Assembly: GCA_964016885.1 (NCBI GenBank)
Contig: OZ024745.1
Location: forward strand, 88,660,001-88,724,000
Reading direction: 5' to 3'
Source of the DNA: Eledone cirrhosa
Lineage: Eukaryota
DNA: 64,000 bases
How positions within the stretch are numbered: the first letter of the stretch is position 1; each line of letters begins with the position of its first letter. This document shows, piece after piece, positions 14,598 to 29,759 of the stretch. The notes under the pieces were generated by a model that had not been told where the DNA came from, did not search any database, and saw nothing but the letters and a program-made list of their open reading frames with translations. The position numbers and the translations under genes are program-made.

Positions 14598-14967
14598 ATA
14601 TATGTGGGCAAATGTATGTATGTATCTATGTATATATGTACGTAGATGTATATGCCCTTATTCATGTATGCAAGTATGGATGGGTGGCTAGATGTGTTGC
14701 TTTATGCGTATTAAATAATTTGTGTTTGTATTGATTTATATTTGAAATACATTTTTATTTCCAGAAACTGTGAGATTACCATGTTGCTGAGTATTCCTTC
14801 CTGGTTTTATATTAACTATGATCGTTATAGTACAAATGATTGTATTTATTATTTATTATGGTTATTGTAATAGTTGTATTGAAGCTCGATTTACGGAGAT
14901 ATATTTATCTTTCATCAGCTTGAAAAAATGTAATGCGCATGAATGAATGTTTGTATATATTTCTTGT

Positions 14968-15052
<85 letters not shown>

Positions 15053-15145
15053 ATATATATATACATGATGATTTCTCCCGAATGAAACAATTCTAGCTCG
15101 CCCTGTGGAAGCCCTTTGAATATTAAATATATATATAAATATGTG

Positions 15146-15194
<49 letters not shown>

Positions 15195-15196
<2 letters not shown>

Positions 15197-15510
15197 CATA
15201 GAAAAAAACGAGGAAGTTTCGTTTACATATGAAAAGTATTTATTGCGTATCAACCTGTTACGCGAGTTTCGCAGCTGATTCATTCATATGAGTTATGGAC
15301 CCGGCTCCAGTATCTATCTGCTCCTCAGACTTGTGATACGACAAATATATCTTTAACCAATCCTCTGCAAAATACGCGTAACAGGTTCATACACAATAAA
15401 TATTATTCATATGTAAACGAAACTTCCTCGTTTATTCTGTTATATACACTCTGCCTGTTCATAGAGAGCTTGATTTGGTATCAACACCAATAATTCACCG
15501 TACTACTTAC
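15195..15510. repeat. Small inverted-repeat insertion (arms about 15197-15275 and 15365-15440) between microsatellites, with an HHR remnant
   Basis: CGAGGAAGTTTCGTTTACATATGAA versus TTCATATGTAAACGAAACTTCCTCG. Minus arm reads GAAA CTCGCG TA ACAGG. Confidence 0.7.
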
Positions 15511-15632
<122 letters not shown>

Positions 15633-15832
15633 GCGTATGCGTGTGCGTATGCGTGTGAGTGTGTGTGAGAGGTAGAAGGTGAAGAAATGAGCCGGTAAAA
15701 TATAATGATTTCGACTGATTGAAACAATGCAAATTTGTGTATTAGTCATTTTCGTACGAAATAGATTATATATATATATATATATAACCCTGTGATTATT
15801 CATGTTTATTTATATGTTAATCAATTTCTAGT

Positions 15833-15861
<29 letters not shown>

Positions 15862-15866
<5 letters not shown>

Positions 15867-16618
15867 TAAAGTATGTCCATAGAATCATTTGATAACATAT
15901 ATACACTATTTCCTCTCTCAATTAGCATAATCAACCACATAAAAAATCAATTAGGTCAGGTTATAAGAATAAAGGCTCCTATGAAGAAATATTTGATAAA
16001 TGAACGACAGCAGCCTCTTCGCGGCCGACCGCAATAAAAATGGCTAAGAATCGTGACGTGGCAGTGGTCACGATTCTTAGCCATTTTTAAATCTATTTCT
16101 GGCGGGGATCGCTTTGAAAAATTACCTGTCCTATGAGTTTGTCTCCTGATGAGTTCGAAACTCGAGATTTTATCTTTAATAGGATATCTCAAAATGCGAA
16201 CGAAACCCCAGGGTAGGGATATAATCATGGTAAGAGTGTACGCATTTCTTCTAACTTTAAATTTATACCTAATTGTGTGTGGTTGACGGTATATTTAGTC
16301 GATTTCTACATGCTGTTGAAATGTTGGGTAAATATTCTATTGCGATCAGCCGTTAAGAGGCTGCTGTCGTTTATTTATCAAATATTTCTTCATAGGAGCC
16401 TTTATTCTTATAACCTGGTCTAATTGATTTTTTTATGTGGTTAATTATGCTAATTGGGAGACGAAATGGTGTATATATTTTATCAAATGATTCTATGGAC
16501 ATACTTTATGATATATTTCTCTGATTATTTAATTTATTAATTCTTCATTGAGCCACATCGTGAATGGTTGCCACATATATATCTGTGACTTTGCTTAATC
16601 TGTGTACATGTAAATCTT

Positions 16619-16620
<2 letters not shown>
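15862..16620. repeat. Inverted-repeat insertion in (TA)n (arms about 15862-16020 and 16355-16515)
   Basis: ATATCATAAAGTATGTCCATAGAATCATTTGATAA versus TTATCAAATGATTCTATGGACATACTTTATGATAT. Confidence 0.85.
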
Positions 16621-16699
<79 letters not shown>

Positions 16700-17112
16700 A
16701 ATTATCGAGAATCGGAACCTCGGCCCACGAAATAACGAAACACAATCTTCGTAATATGTGGCAAAGTGCTCAATAGTTTGGATAAACCAGAGCTATAACA
16801 AACGTTTAATACCAACACACTGAGACGATGCTTAAACAAGCATTCGCACAGCCGAAAACACGACCAAGAAAATTCGGGTCAGGCAAATAAAAATATATAT
16901 GAATGAAGTTAAAATTGAAATACAACATGATGTTGTATTTAAATTTCAATTTTTCTTTGATTCTGTTTTAATGTGATTCTGATTTTGAATTTAAATTGCC
17001 ATTCAGAAATAATATAATATATGTCATCCCACTGTGCATCAATATATACATATGTATCTGTATGTCTCTTGCATTGGAAAGGAGGTCATGTAAGTGTACA
17101 AACATTGAAAAA

Positions 17113-17159
17113 TGGTCCGAAGAATCCAAGCCTCGGTTTGGATGAAACAATTGTAAGCG
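17113..17159 (+). ncRNA. Type I minimal hammerhead ribozyme with CCGAAGA core
   Basis: TGGT CCGAAGA ATCCAAGCC-TC-GGTTTGGAT GAAA CAATTG TA AGCG; homologous to 32436-32482. Confidence 0.65.
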
Positions 17160-17239
17160 AATAAATGCTTTGAACATAGCTTTGATTCCTGTGAATTCTA
17201 TATATATAAATATATATATATAAATATATATAAATATAT

Positions 17240-17875
<636 letters not shown>

Positions 17876-19361
17876 ACGTAAAACAAGAAAATTATAGTAA
17901 TTAACTTACTTACTTAAGTTTCACTCCAACTAATTAGTTTCTGAAAGGGGATATACATAGTGTTAAAAACTATGGAGAATCCTTTCTTCATCAGGGAGTC
18001 AATTCTCGGCTAAGATTCCTGGCGATAGGCGGACACAGGGAGTTCAAACAAAAATAATTTAGTGAATGGAAAAAAGAAAGGGCAGACTAAATTTCAAGAC
18101 ACTGAAAATTTCACTGCCTTCCCGGTCAGTGGCAAATTCAAAAGAATCAATCACGTGACATAATGGTTAATCAGTGATGAGTGGGGTGTTAAAAGGACAG
18201 TGGCTAAAGTGTTACTATGAACCATAGTAGTAATTTAGGCAAATTTTTGCTCAACAAAATAATTTGGAGATAATTATAAAGAATTAGTATATCTACCAAC
18301 ATATTTATACAGATGTATACTTATACTAACAAGATATAGGTTTTGTCTTAGTAACTTTGTGGTTCAATACAAAAATGTAGAACAATTATATGAAAGCCGT
18401 AAAATAAGAAAATTATAGTAATTAACTTACTTACTGAAGTTTCACTCCAACTAATTAGTTTCTGAAAGGGGATATACATAGTGTTCAAACTATGGAGAAA
18501 CCTTTCTTCATCAAGGAGTCAATTCTCGGCTAAGATGCCTGGCGATAGGCGGACACAGGTAGCTCAAACAAAAATAATTCAGTGAATGGAAAAAAAGCAA
18601 GCGCGGACTAAATTTCAAGACATTGAACATATCACTGCCTTCTCGGTCAGTGGCAAATTCAAATGAATCAATCACGTGACATCAAGGTTAATCAGTGAGG
18701 AGTGGGGTGTTAAAAAGACAGTAGCCAAACTATTACTATGAACCATAGTAGTAATTTAGGCAAATTTGTGCTCAACTAAATAATTTGGAGATAATTATAA
18801 AGAATTAGTATACATCTGTATACATATGTTGGTAGATATACTAAATCTTTATAATTATCTCCAAATTATTTTGTTGAGCAAAATTTTGCCTAAATTACTA
18901 CTATGGTTCATAGTAACAGTTTAGCTACTGTCTTTTTAACACCCCCATTCCTCACTGATTAACCTTGATGTCACGTGATTGATTCTTTTGAATTTGCCAC
19001 TGACCGGGAAGGTAGTGAAATTGTTAGTGTCTTGAAATTTAGTCCGCACTTGCTTTTTTATTCATTCACTGAATTATTTTTGTTTGAGCTCCCTGTGTCC
19101 GCCTATCGCCAGGAATCTTAGCCGAGAATTGACTCCCTGATGAAGAACCATATTTTGAACACTATGTATATCCCCTTTCAGAAACTAATTAGTTGGAAGG
19201 AAATTTAAGTAAGTAACTTAATTACTATAATTTTCTTATTTTACGTCTTTCATATAATTGTTCGACATTTTTCTATTGAACCACAATGTTACTAAGACAA
19301 AAGCTATATCTTGCTAGTGTAAGTATACATCTGTATAAATATGTTGGTAGATATACTAATT

Positions 19362-19366
<5 letters not shown>
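17876..19366. mobile_element. Retrozyme-like repeat of about 520 bp: about 1.8 tandem units on minus, then an inverted unit of about 1.1 on plus ending in (TA)n
   Basis: Repeat start at 17880 recurs at 18401; inversion point near 18812; one HHR per unit; no ORF. Confidence 0.8.
17923..17999 (-). ncRNA. Type I hammerhead ribozyme (further copies 18444-18519 minus, 19132-19198 plus)
   Basis: Minus strand reads ACTCC CTGATGA AGAAAGG...CCTTTCA GAAA CTAATTAG TT GGAGT, with a 5-bp stem I and palindromic stem III. Confidence 0.7.
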
Positions 19367-19441
<75 letters not shown>

Positions 19442-20829
19442 CGAAGGAAGTGTGGTAAGGAAGGAACAAGGTGGACCATAAGGTACCAGAGTACTCTATA
19501 CTTTGGGTAGTAGAGGGGGTAATAGGAAAAGAGTCAGAACTCAGACGGCAGAGCTCAAGCCGTTTCGATAACTATATATATATATAATATAGACATTTAT
19601 TTTACAGGACTAGAACTGTTTCATTCGGGAGAAATATATATATAATGCCTTACTTCATTGCTCTAGATCTCAGGCTTGAATACTTCTACCATGTCTGTAG
19701 ATAAATATGTGTCTATAAATACTTTTGGTTGAAAGCATGATGATTTCATAGGAGTAAAACTGCGTTAGTTGCATTTTCCTTTCCTACGAATTCTATGAAT
19801 ACAATCATCACATCATTTTCTCACCATTACAAAGTTGATCTCGGAACAGTTTGCACATATCTCCGCACACTTTCTATTTTTATCATGAGCAATCAGGCAA
19901 TTCTCATTGGACTAACTGTTTCTCTGTGAAGATGTCTAATTTGAAAGTAGACATAATCAGCACTAGTAACAATGAAAGTTCATTAACAAAACTACAATAA
20001 CAGTAATGCTGTTTGATTACTACCAATTAACAACGATAAGTTCATGAAATATATTTTCAGAGATCAAGAAAGATTAGAATGGAATAGAAAATGTAGGGAA
20101 AGCAAACATTTAGAGAAAGAAATTAAAATATAAACCCATAAAATGATAGCAGTTACCGCCTACTCAATTCTCCATTAAATTCACGATAATTACGTTACTC
20201 CATTTGTCATTCACAATATGTTAGTGTTTAGCCCCAGGTCAATACTGATTGTGCAGGCATTTTATCACAGCATTTCCTCTCATAATAATCACGTCCTTTT
20301 AAAGATGTCTAGGACTACATTAACTAAATATGTCCATTATTATTTTTTTTATTTTTGTAAGACGACTCACCTCACGTTTACTTAATTCTAAAACACATTA
20401 TATCAACTAAGTGGAGTTAAAGATAAATAAGTACATAGATAAAAAAAGAAAGACACGATAATTACGTGATCTTCAGATGGGAACATAAACCACGAATGCT
20501 CATTGGGGCTTTGGCACATTACAATTGGATACACATAAATATACAAGCAAAGCGCTATTTGGAGAATATATCTAAAGATGATTGATGCATTTTATGCTCT
20601 CACTTTCGTAACTGATGCATAATATGGAATCAGCTTTTGTGTCTAAGATATCGCAACAAGCAAACGAGGTTATAAAACAGGATATCACCATATAGAGACG
20701 AAAAGGATTTGTTACAGACAAATGCATATTCTATAATTCACAGTTTACCTATAGATACTTTATCACACGCAAATACTTGCATGCATCTAGCCCAGTCTTT
20801 GCTTCTCACTTTCTATATCCCTATCTATG

Positions 20830-20921
<92 letters not shown>

Positions 20922-20944
20922 ATGTGTGTGTGTGTGTGTGTATA

Positions 20945-21290
20945 TACATTACTATTTCAGAGCACCAATCCTAATTTTTTTATTTTTGCTGGACCGGTAA
21001 TCGCGCTGTATAATCAGTTCCTGATTATTACTGGAATTCTATAAGAATCCAGCCTCTATAATTTCCGGCAAAGGCGGGGAGTACGATGCTCTGAGGATCA
21101 CCAACAGCGTGAAACATAATCTGTCAGCTTCTCTCCCTTCCTTTGCCGAAAAAAGAAGTAAGTGACATAGTCACTACTTTAAAAATGATAGCGCAAGGTC
21201 TTCAAAATATTTTTAATCAAACATTTTCTGCCAAATAGATTATACATAAATTCATGTATACATCCCCATTTCAGAACACCAATCCTAATA
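20945..21290 (+). mobile_element. Retrozyme-like unit of about 315 bp (family E), about 1.1 copies, ending in (TA)n; HHR at 21088-21128
   Basis: ATTTCAGA(G/A)CACCAATCCTAAT at both ends. GCT CTGAGGA...GAAA CATAATCTG TC AGC. Confidence 0.72.
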
Positions 21291-21304
21291 TATATATATA
21301 TGTA

Positions 21305-21462
<158 letters not shown>

Positions 21463-21507
21463 TAACCGATTAAAGTTTAAATCTGTTATTTTAATATATA
21501 TATATAT

Positions 21508-21688
<181 letters not shown>

Positions 21689-21825
21689 TAAAATAACAGA
21701 TTAAAGATTAAATCTGTTATTTTAATAAATATTTGCTCTACGGTTCTTATATATTTGATATATATTTATCCTTATCGAGCCCTCTTTGGATTTTAGTATT
21801 CAAATTTATTATTATTACTATATAT

Positions 21826-22303
<478 letters not shown>

Positions 22304-23082
22304 AAAGAAAAAAAGAATAGTATTGTAACTTGCCGTTTTCATTCTGATATCAATCAATCAATCAATCAATTAGGTATCAATTAGTTTCTTGCTGTGGGAT
22401 CATGCATCACTACTATATAATATATTTCTTCCACGAAGATTTCCGCTTGCAAGGAATCGCTACGATTACCGAAGAAGCAGTGAGATTCTAGTAGATTGTG
22501 ATTTTGCTAAACATAATCGAGAATGGTATTACTATCATTTATAATCGACATTTAAAATCGAGAACATTGTCTGCGGCATTCGCTTTGTTATCATATAAGC
22601 AATTTATATAATCGGTTGAAAGACTCCCAGGTTTCCAGTCGTCGATGACTTCTTTAAACGTCTGATAGTTAATCTAAATGTTGTTGCTGTATAGAATTCA
22701 AACACATGTTATTCTCATCTGCGCTGTCTAAAGTAACGCTAGCTAGTGAATACTTCGACTAAATTTTAGAATATCGTTTATGAACGTCTGTTTGCAGAGG
22801 ATTGACAGAAATTTCAACTTAGAAAAGTGTATAGTTTCGCAAATTCTCTTCAAACTGTTTCCCTTCAAGTGTGACAGTCATTTAAGACTGCAGCAATACA
22901 TTGTATTTGTTATCACGTAAGAAACTATTTATTCCGCATCTTTAGATGCAGCTGTAAGTGCATCATATTTATGCAACTGTAAAGTGTATTATATTGAAAT
23001 TTAGAAGAGTCTTGGATATTGCTTTACTCTTCACTTCCTTATAAACGTGATAATTTTGTGCGTGGTATCTCGATGATGTATG

Positions 23083-24645
23083 TTCTCTGGTTTTATAATT
23101 TCACACATTTTTACCCATAGAGAGAGAGTCGGTTTCTAACATAGACATTCATTGGAATTTACACAACATCAACTAGGTAGATTATGTCTGCATGTCTGCA
23201 TGTTTATATATGGATGTTATTGTATGTGTGGATGTGGATGTTTTGAGTTGCATGTGTGCATGCGTATATGCTTTGTATCTGTACATGTGTATATGCAGTT
23301 ATTAGATGCAAAGTTTTTGTAATGTTTTACATATTTTTAGTGTTCCATTAATGGATTGTACTTGTAATTTCCTAACTAGTTTTTTTTCTTTCTGTTCCTG
23401 TGAAGCCTAGCTTCTGAAGTTTGTATTGAGGCAGTTACTAACATACCCCAGTCCCCCAATAATCACAGGCACAAATCTGAAGGTGTAATCAGGGTGGAGT
23501 ATCTGCAGATTTCTCATCAGTTCTGCATAAATATTCTCCTTTTCGCTAATCTTTCACATTATATTGGCATCTGCTGGGCAGCTAATTTCCACTACTGTGC
23601 ATGCTTTCTTCTCCCTGTCCCATATCATAATATTTGGTCTGTTATGCCTGCATTTTATTGGGGTTTTTACTGAAACATTCCACCAGTACTCTTTCATATT
23701 ATGTACGTGGATGTCTTCCCCATTGCTGTAGCTTTTAATGTGTTTATTATCGGGGCTATCTTTTTTACGAACTGCATTGTACAGTGTTTTGGCCACTACA
23801 TCATGCCTCATAGGTAGATAGTACCGCGATGACATCTTTGGACAGCTGCTGATGACATGGCTGATATCCGCGATGTTAGTTCTGCAGAGTCTGCACTTGT
23901 TATCACATCTAGGTATTTTGCATGCATCCCTATCTCTTTTGTGAATTAGGTATTTCGTGTTAAACCCCTGTTCTTGGATTGCAAAAGCGTATCCTCAAAG
24001 TGGGAGCCAATATAGCGGTTGTTGGTCCAAGATAAACTACTTTCCTTACTCTCACTCTGGAGCTTCCAGGCAACATATCCATGCATGATTTTTTGCTTAT
24101 AAGCATGCAGTTTTTCTTCCATGGATTCACTGCGATATTGCTGAGCGATTTATTTGGGTGTGAGTTTTTGATTATCACACAGGGAATATCTCTCGAGGAG
24201 TTCCTTCCCAACTCTCTTGATCTTATCTTTTTCATGCAGATAGACTTGCACGAGAAACGGGCTCCTACGCTTCGAGGTTCGTAGATGTCGGAGAGATATG
24301 ATGCGATATTCAAATGTTGTCTGGACTGATGTTAGGCCTCTGCGTCCCTGCTTACGTTTCAAGTAAAGGCGGTTTATGTCACTGTTGACGTGGAAGTTTC
24401 CGTTGTTGTTTAGTATTTTTCGAGTTCCAACATCAACTGCTCGGAGTTCGTCTATCGTCCAATTGAGTATTCTAAACGTTGGTGTTAGGACAGGCACAGC
24501 AAACACATTTTGAACCACCGTCTTGTTTTACGCGGAGAGTTCTGATGACCAGATCTTTCTTAATCGGGTCTAGTATTCCCTGGTTACAGATACCATTATA
24601 GGATATGTTCTGATTTATCCCCAGGTATCATTAGGAGTCCTCATA
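23083..24645 (-). mobile_element. 5'-truncated copy of the R4/Dong-like LINE
   Basis: High identity to 4626-5945. Zn knuckle CRLCRTNIADISHVISSC, RHDVVAKTLY and REL motif. Confidence 0.9.
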
Positions 24646-25294
24646 TGTATGTATGTATGTATGTAAATCAGCAAGAGGGCTCAAACGACATGCAGAAGTA
24701 CATGAACTCCAACCACAGCAGGCTATTCCCAGTGAATGTTTTGGTTGCCGACTCTGTGCAAGACATTTTAGATCATTGACTGGGCTAAAAAGTCACATTC
24801 GATCGCAGCGCTGTTAATTGCTATCGTGTGTGTGTGTGTGTATAGATATGTTTATGTGGGCGTGTGTGTATATATATGTATACTATTATTGTTGCTGTTG
24901 TCGCTATTATTATTGTTGTTATTATTATTATGATTGTTATTATTATGTTTTTTTGTTTTTTTTCTCGTGCAATGGCCATACTAGATAACGAGAGGCAGCC
25001 ATCATCATGTATGTATGTATGCATGTATGTATGTATGTATGTACGTATGTATGCATGTATATGTGTGTGTAAGTATGTATATGTGTGTTTGTGTATATAT
25101 GTATGCATGTATGTATGTGTGTGTGTAAGTATGTATGTATGTGTGTGTCTGTGTATAAATGTATGTATGTATGCGCTCATACTTAATTGTTTCTACTTTA
25201 ACATAATGTTTGTATATATGTCTGCATGCAAACATGTCTGTTTGTATGTGTATTTTAGTGTTAATAGTCACTTTTCGAATTGCGAATATTATAC

Positions 25295-25690
25295 ATTAAT
25301 AATTGTTTCTACTTTTGGCACAAGGCCAGCAATTTTCCCAGTGTATTACTGGTACTTTATTTTATCGACCCCGTAAGGATGAAAGGCAAAGTTAACCTTG
25401 GAGGGATTTGAACTCAGTCTGTAAAGGTACGTAATTGTGCTGTAAAGCGTGGCGTCCAACCCTCCACCGATACTGCCAATTCACCACCTTAATAATGGTT
25501 TCTGATTTAGGCACAAGGCCAACAACTTTGGGGAAAGGGCAAGTCGATTAAATCGACACCAGTGCATTACTGGTACTTTATTTTAATGATGAAAAGCAAA
25601 GATAACCTCGTCAGGATTTGAACTAGAGCGTAAAGAACCATAACTCTATGCCGCTAAACATGTTGTCCGACGCTCTACTGATCCTACCTA
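25295..25690 (-). mobile_element. Two adjacent tRNA-derived SINE copies (octopus-type)
   Basis: Minus-strand B-box (GA/TA)GTTCAAATCC, core CTTTGCCTTTCATCC...GGGTCGATAAAATAAAGTACCAGT, tail GCCTTGTGCC...AGAAAC. Confidence 0.8.
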
Positions 25691-26099
25691 TACATTACTA
25701 ATGAAACAACCAATGGGCAACGCGGATTTATGTATGTATTCGAGCAGATATTAATCAAAGTAGTTGGTGATAATATTCACCAGTTATGATTTTCTATGCA
25801 CAGGAACCGCCGATTCTTTATTTAAACATGTTATCTTATCCATTCTAAACTTTCATTGTTGTCGATTATTTACCTTAAATTAATGTTCTTTATAAAATAT
25901 ACGTAACACTTCGTGAGTTTATCCAGTGATTTCGAAATATGTGCAGGTTATTAGTTATATAGAACATATAATAATACAGCGCATTGTTTGTATCTCGTTA
26001 ACTGCTCTACATTATTTTAGTAAAGTCACTTGAATTGTAAAAATATAATACATAAACTGCGCATAGACAAAAGAACTAATCAACGATGTATACAGAGAT

Positions 26100-26320
26100 A
26101 TTGGCTTCTGATTTAGGCACAAGCCAACAATTTTGTGGAGAATGGGAGTGTAGATTAAATATCATCCCCAGTGTATTGCTGGCACTACATTTTATCGACG
26201 CTGTAAGGATGAAAGACAAAGCTAACCTGGCAGGATTTGAACTCACATCGTATAGGAAAGTAACCCTATGCCATAGATCATGTTTTCTTACGCTCTACAT
26301 ATACTGTCAATCTACTACCC
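26100..26320 (-). mobile_element. tRNA-derived SINE, same family
   Basis: TTTAGGCACAAG...TTTATCGAC...GGATGAAAG...GATTTGAACTC. Confidence 0.75.
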
Positions 26321-26849
26321 TTCAGTAAATAAAGATATTAGCTAATGTTTCGTTAGTTTGAGGTCTTCTGCCAGAAATTCTTGTATAAATTTGAAGATTA
26401 AACGGTAAGCTACCCTGGTACTGTAACTACTATATGTGTTGGCTAACTATTTCAGCTTTGCGTCACTGTTTGCCTCCCTTTTCTATTCGGATAGGATAGT
26501 ATCAGTAAGACCGTGAATTATACGGATTTCTCGTTGCTTGCACTGAAATATATTTACAGTTGTATAAACTGAAATCTGTGCAAAATAGAAATTTTGCCAT
26601 ACAAACATAGCAATAATGATAGATCACCGGGCTTTTTAATCATACAATCCTTCGACCGTCAGAAGATAAATGATGGGTGCAATATACTAAACACTATTTC
26701 TTGAGTTCAACGGCCTTCAAATGTAATTAACTAGAGTTATGGCTAAAGAAATGATATTTTTATAATGTCTGCAACCAATGCATCATATGTACAAATACCG
26801 TTGCGCATTTTCGGCTGCTACTATACAATTATTAAAATAGCAGAATCAT

Positions 26850-27236
26850 GGTCATGAAACTTGGGTAATAACCGAAAGAATACGATTGCGAATACAAGCG
26901 GCCGAAATGGAATACCTCCGACGGGTCTTTGGCGTAACGTCACTCAATAAAGTGCGTAGCTCGGAGATCAGAGAGTCACTCCAGGTAGAGCCGCTACTTC
27001 TCTGAATTGAGAGATCACAGCTCTAGTACAATGGGTATGTGGTTAGAATGTGTCAGGAAAGAATCGCTGGACAGATTTTACGTGCCAAACCAACCGACAG
27101 GAGACCAAGGTGTAGATCCCGAACAAGATGGTTGAATAACATCCATGAGCTCTGCTGGTCTCGCTTGGGGATCCAGCCGGATCCAGCCAGAAGAAGAAGA
27201 AGAAGAAGAAGAAGAAGAAGAAGAAGAAGAAGAAGA
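26850..27236 (+). mobile_element. 3' fragment of an RTE-group LINE with (GAA)n tail
   Basis: RIQAAEMEYLRRVFGVT, ERSQL, VVRMCQERIA and RSRTRW, followed by (GAA)n. Confidence 0.8.
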
Positions 27237-27775
27237 TATCTGTATCATTCATCCTCAGATAGTTGATTATTTTATCCAAATAATAGTATATATGAGACCT
27301 CCACCTGTGACTTTAAGGTGTATACATATGTTTAATAATATAGAATATTAATATTCATTCCTAAGGAAAATTGGAATAGCAGGCAACATATTAATGCCAT
27401 AACACCAATTGACAATTGTTGTTTTGTGGTTGGAAAGTATCTAAATACAAACATCCTCGCCAATTTATACACCAGCTGAAGGCTATTGGAAATGTATGAT
27501 ATTTATGCATTCGTGAGCCTTATAACGAATAATGATTGTATTCGAATCGTTTGCAAGCAAGTAGCCTCATTACACTATGTGTTTTAGACGACGGTCGTCA
27601 TCTTTTTGTTCTAGCGGTGACAGAGAGAAACAAAACAATCGACAATAATATTGTTTTTGGGTTATCGCTCTTTGTCAAGATTGTGTATCTCTCTTCTGTA
27701 TTTTAAATATTCGGCAAAGAAAGCCTTAAAATGGCTCGGCATGCAAATTAGGCTAATCAGATGTTTACTTTAGAG

Positions 27776-27944
27776 CAGCCATGTCAAATATGCGGTCAAC
27801 GGTCCGAATGCGGCCCTTTACAAGCACACCTGCGGCCCGCACAAAGGTTCTTACAGCGCGCAATTAGTGTTTTCGTGTGTGGCCCTTATACAACAGATAT
27901 GTGACCCATGTGGCCCTCGAGGGACCTTCAGTTTGACATGCCTG
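27776..27944. mobile_element. hAT (Charlie-like) MITE
   Basis: TIRs CAGCCATGTCAAA / TTTGACATGCCTG; 8-bp TSD CTTTAGAG / CTTTAAAG. Confidence 0.8.
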
Positions 27945-28121
27945 CTTTAAAGAATTCTATATATTTTCAAGAGTTCTAGTATGATATTTATGTTTTTGTC
28001 TAAACCCTCGCTTCATCCTTATAAGAGTGAAGCAAGAAAATAAAATTCTGTTGAAGGACCAATACACGTTTCTTATTCTACGGCGGTCATATTAAAAAAA
28101 TAGCTTCTATTATATATTCTA

Positions 28122-29192
28122 CTAGCAGACGTACCCAGCTTCGCCCGGGTAAAAGAGAAAATGACTGTATTGGATGTTTGTCTGGTTACAGTATGAGGCG
28201 AGTCCGTGGTGTCTGTGTGATACAGAAAACAGTAAAACAAAATCTTCCAGATATACCAGATTCTTCATTGTACCGTTTGTGCATAGTATATGAACAATTA
28301 TAGGTGCTCCCACCTAGAATAGTGACCTCTAGGAGATGGTCATATTCTGCCTGACAGTAAAACGTGTATCGTTGCATAGACGTGGTTGTTCCACGTTTCT
28401 CAAAAGGATGATGGAAGTTCCAATCTTTTATATTATATGTAGATATAGATATAGATAATTAATATAAAAGATGATGCTCAGACAGTTCCTCTTCAACCAT
28501 CGTAGCACGCCGTCGCTGCTTGGCTCCAGTGTTTCGTTGGCGTTGTTCAGGCAGCTCCTCTTCATTCATGGCGGCACGTCTTCGCCTCTGAAGTTCATCG
28601 TTCCGATGGCGCTGTTCGGCCCATTTTTCTTCATTCCTGGCTGCACGCCGTCGCCGCTGTAGTTCACTGTTTAATAAAGTCGAGTTGCTTTTATTATCAG
28701 TATTCATTTCGAGCAATTGTCAAAAAATGACACAATAATAAATATAAAAGATGTCTGTCAATGTAAAAAAAGGTCCCTATTTACTCCCTTCACAACTCTG
28801 TGTATCTTAGACTGACAGACATATAAACTGCGTGGCGATTGTGGAACGCCCCACGTACACACACATACTCGCATGGAAACGCGCACACGCACACAAACTT
28901 ACACACGCACCCGTGCACTTTCACACACTTACACACTCACACATGTTGATAGTTTTTACTTTCTGTGGAACGCTGCACGCACGTACATACACACGCACAC
29001 ATGGTAATAGTTACACCGTTCACTTTGCCTCTCTGTTTCTTACTACCCCCTCTCACTCCCTCATTGACATTATGCGTATTAATTTAAGTTTGGCATCGTT
29101 GAGGTGGGCGGAGTCGTTTGAAACCTATGAACCAATGATAATCGAGAATTATGACACACAGAAAACTGACGTTGTTGAAATTAATATATAGA
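28122..29192 (-). mobile_element. Internally deleted Helitron with RepHel remnants
   Basis: 5'-TCTATATATTAA...hairpin ACCCGGGCGAAGCTGGGT...CTAG-3' in an A|T site. Helicase fragments IILLRNVEQPRLCNDTRF and SRVGAP...KNLVY. Charged N-terminal repeat ORF 28459-28716. Confidence 0.82.
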
Positions 29193-29759
29193 TGTGGCTT
29201 TGTACCAATATTCAAATACTGCCTGACCACGATTTTTGGTTCAATGAAACATACATAAAGACATACAGAATATTAATGAATAATGGATTTATTTCTCTGA
29301 CTTTCATGAAATATATTTAAGGACATGTCACAGCTTTGTCACTGCGCATATGTGAAATAATTTACTGTAGTATTTATTTCGTTGACATTTATTTTATTTA
29401 TTTTATTTACTTATTTATTTATTTGTTTATGTTTATTTATTTTACTTGCGTTTCACTACAATCTGGTTTTACTAATGCATACAAATGTTTATAAATATTC
29501 TATGTGAATTACATAAGAAAACATCATGGTATTTGAAGATATAATATTCCCTGGATAAGAATAAAAATATTATTGCTAAATTAAGTCGACGCCATTTACT
29601 TTAGATTTTAAAGAAAGGGAACAATCTTTTATGAATATAGTTGCTCAAAAATATTATTATACCACAACAATTTATAGTATTGTTTTTTTTTTAAAACTGA
29701 ACATGAACATGTTTAATAAAAAAAATTAAAAATATGAAAGAAAGACATTTACAAATCAT

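Noticed and set aside
16141-16170. CTGATGAGTTCGAAACTCGAG as a hammerhead
   Set aside because: There is no room for stem II and no UH plus stem I partner.
19640-20830. Unique-looking AT-rich stretches (also 22310-23075, 25700-26850, 46110-47100) as host exons
   Set aside because: No convincing ORF, recognisable protein motif or splice pattern. A small exon cannot be excluded without RNA data.
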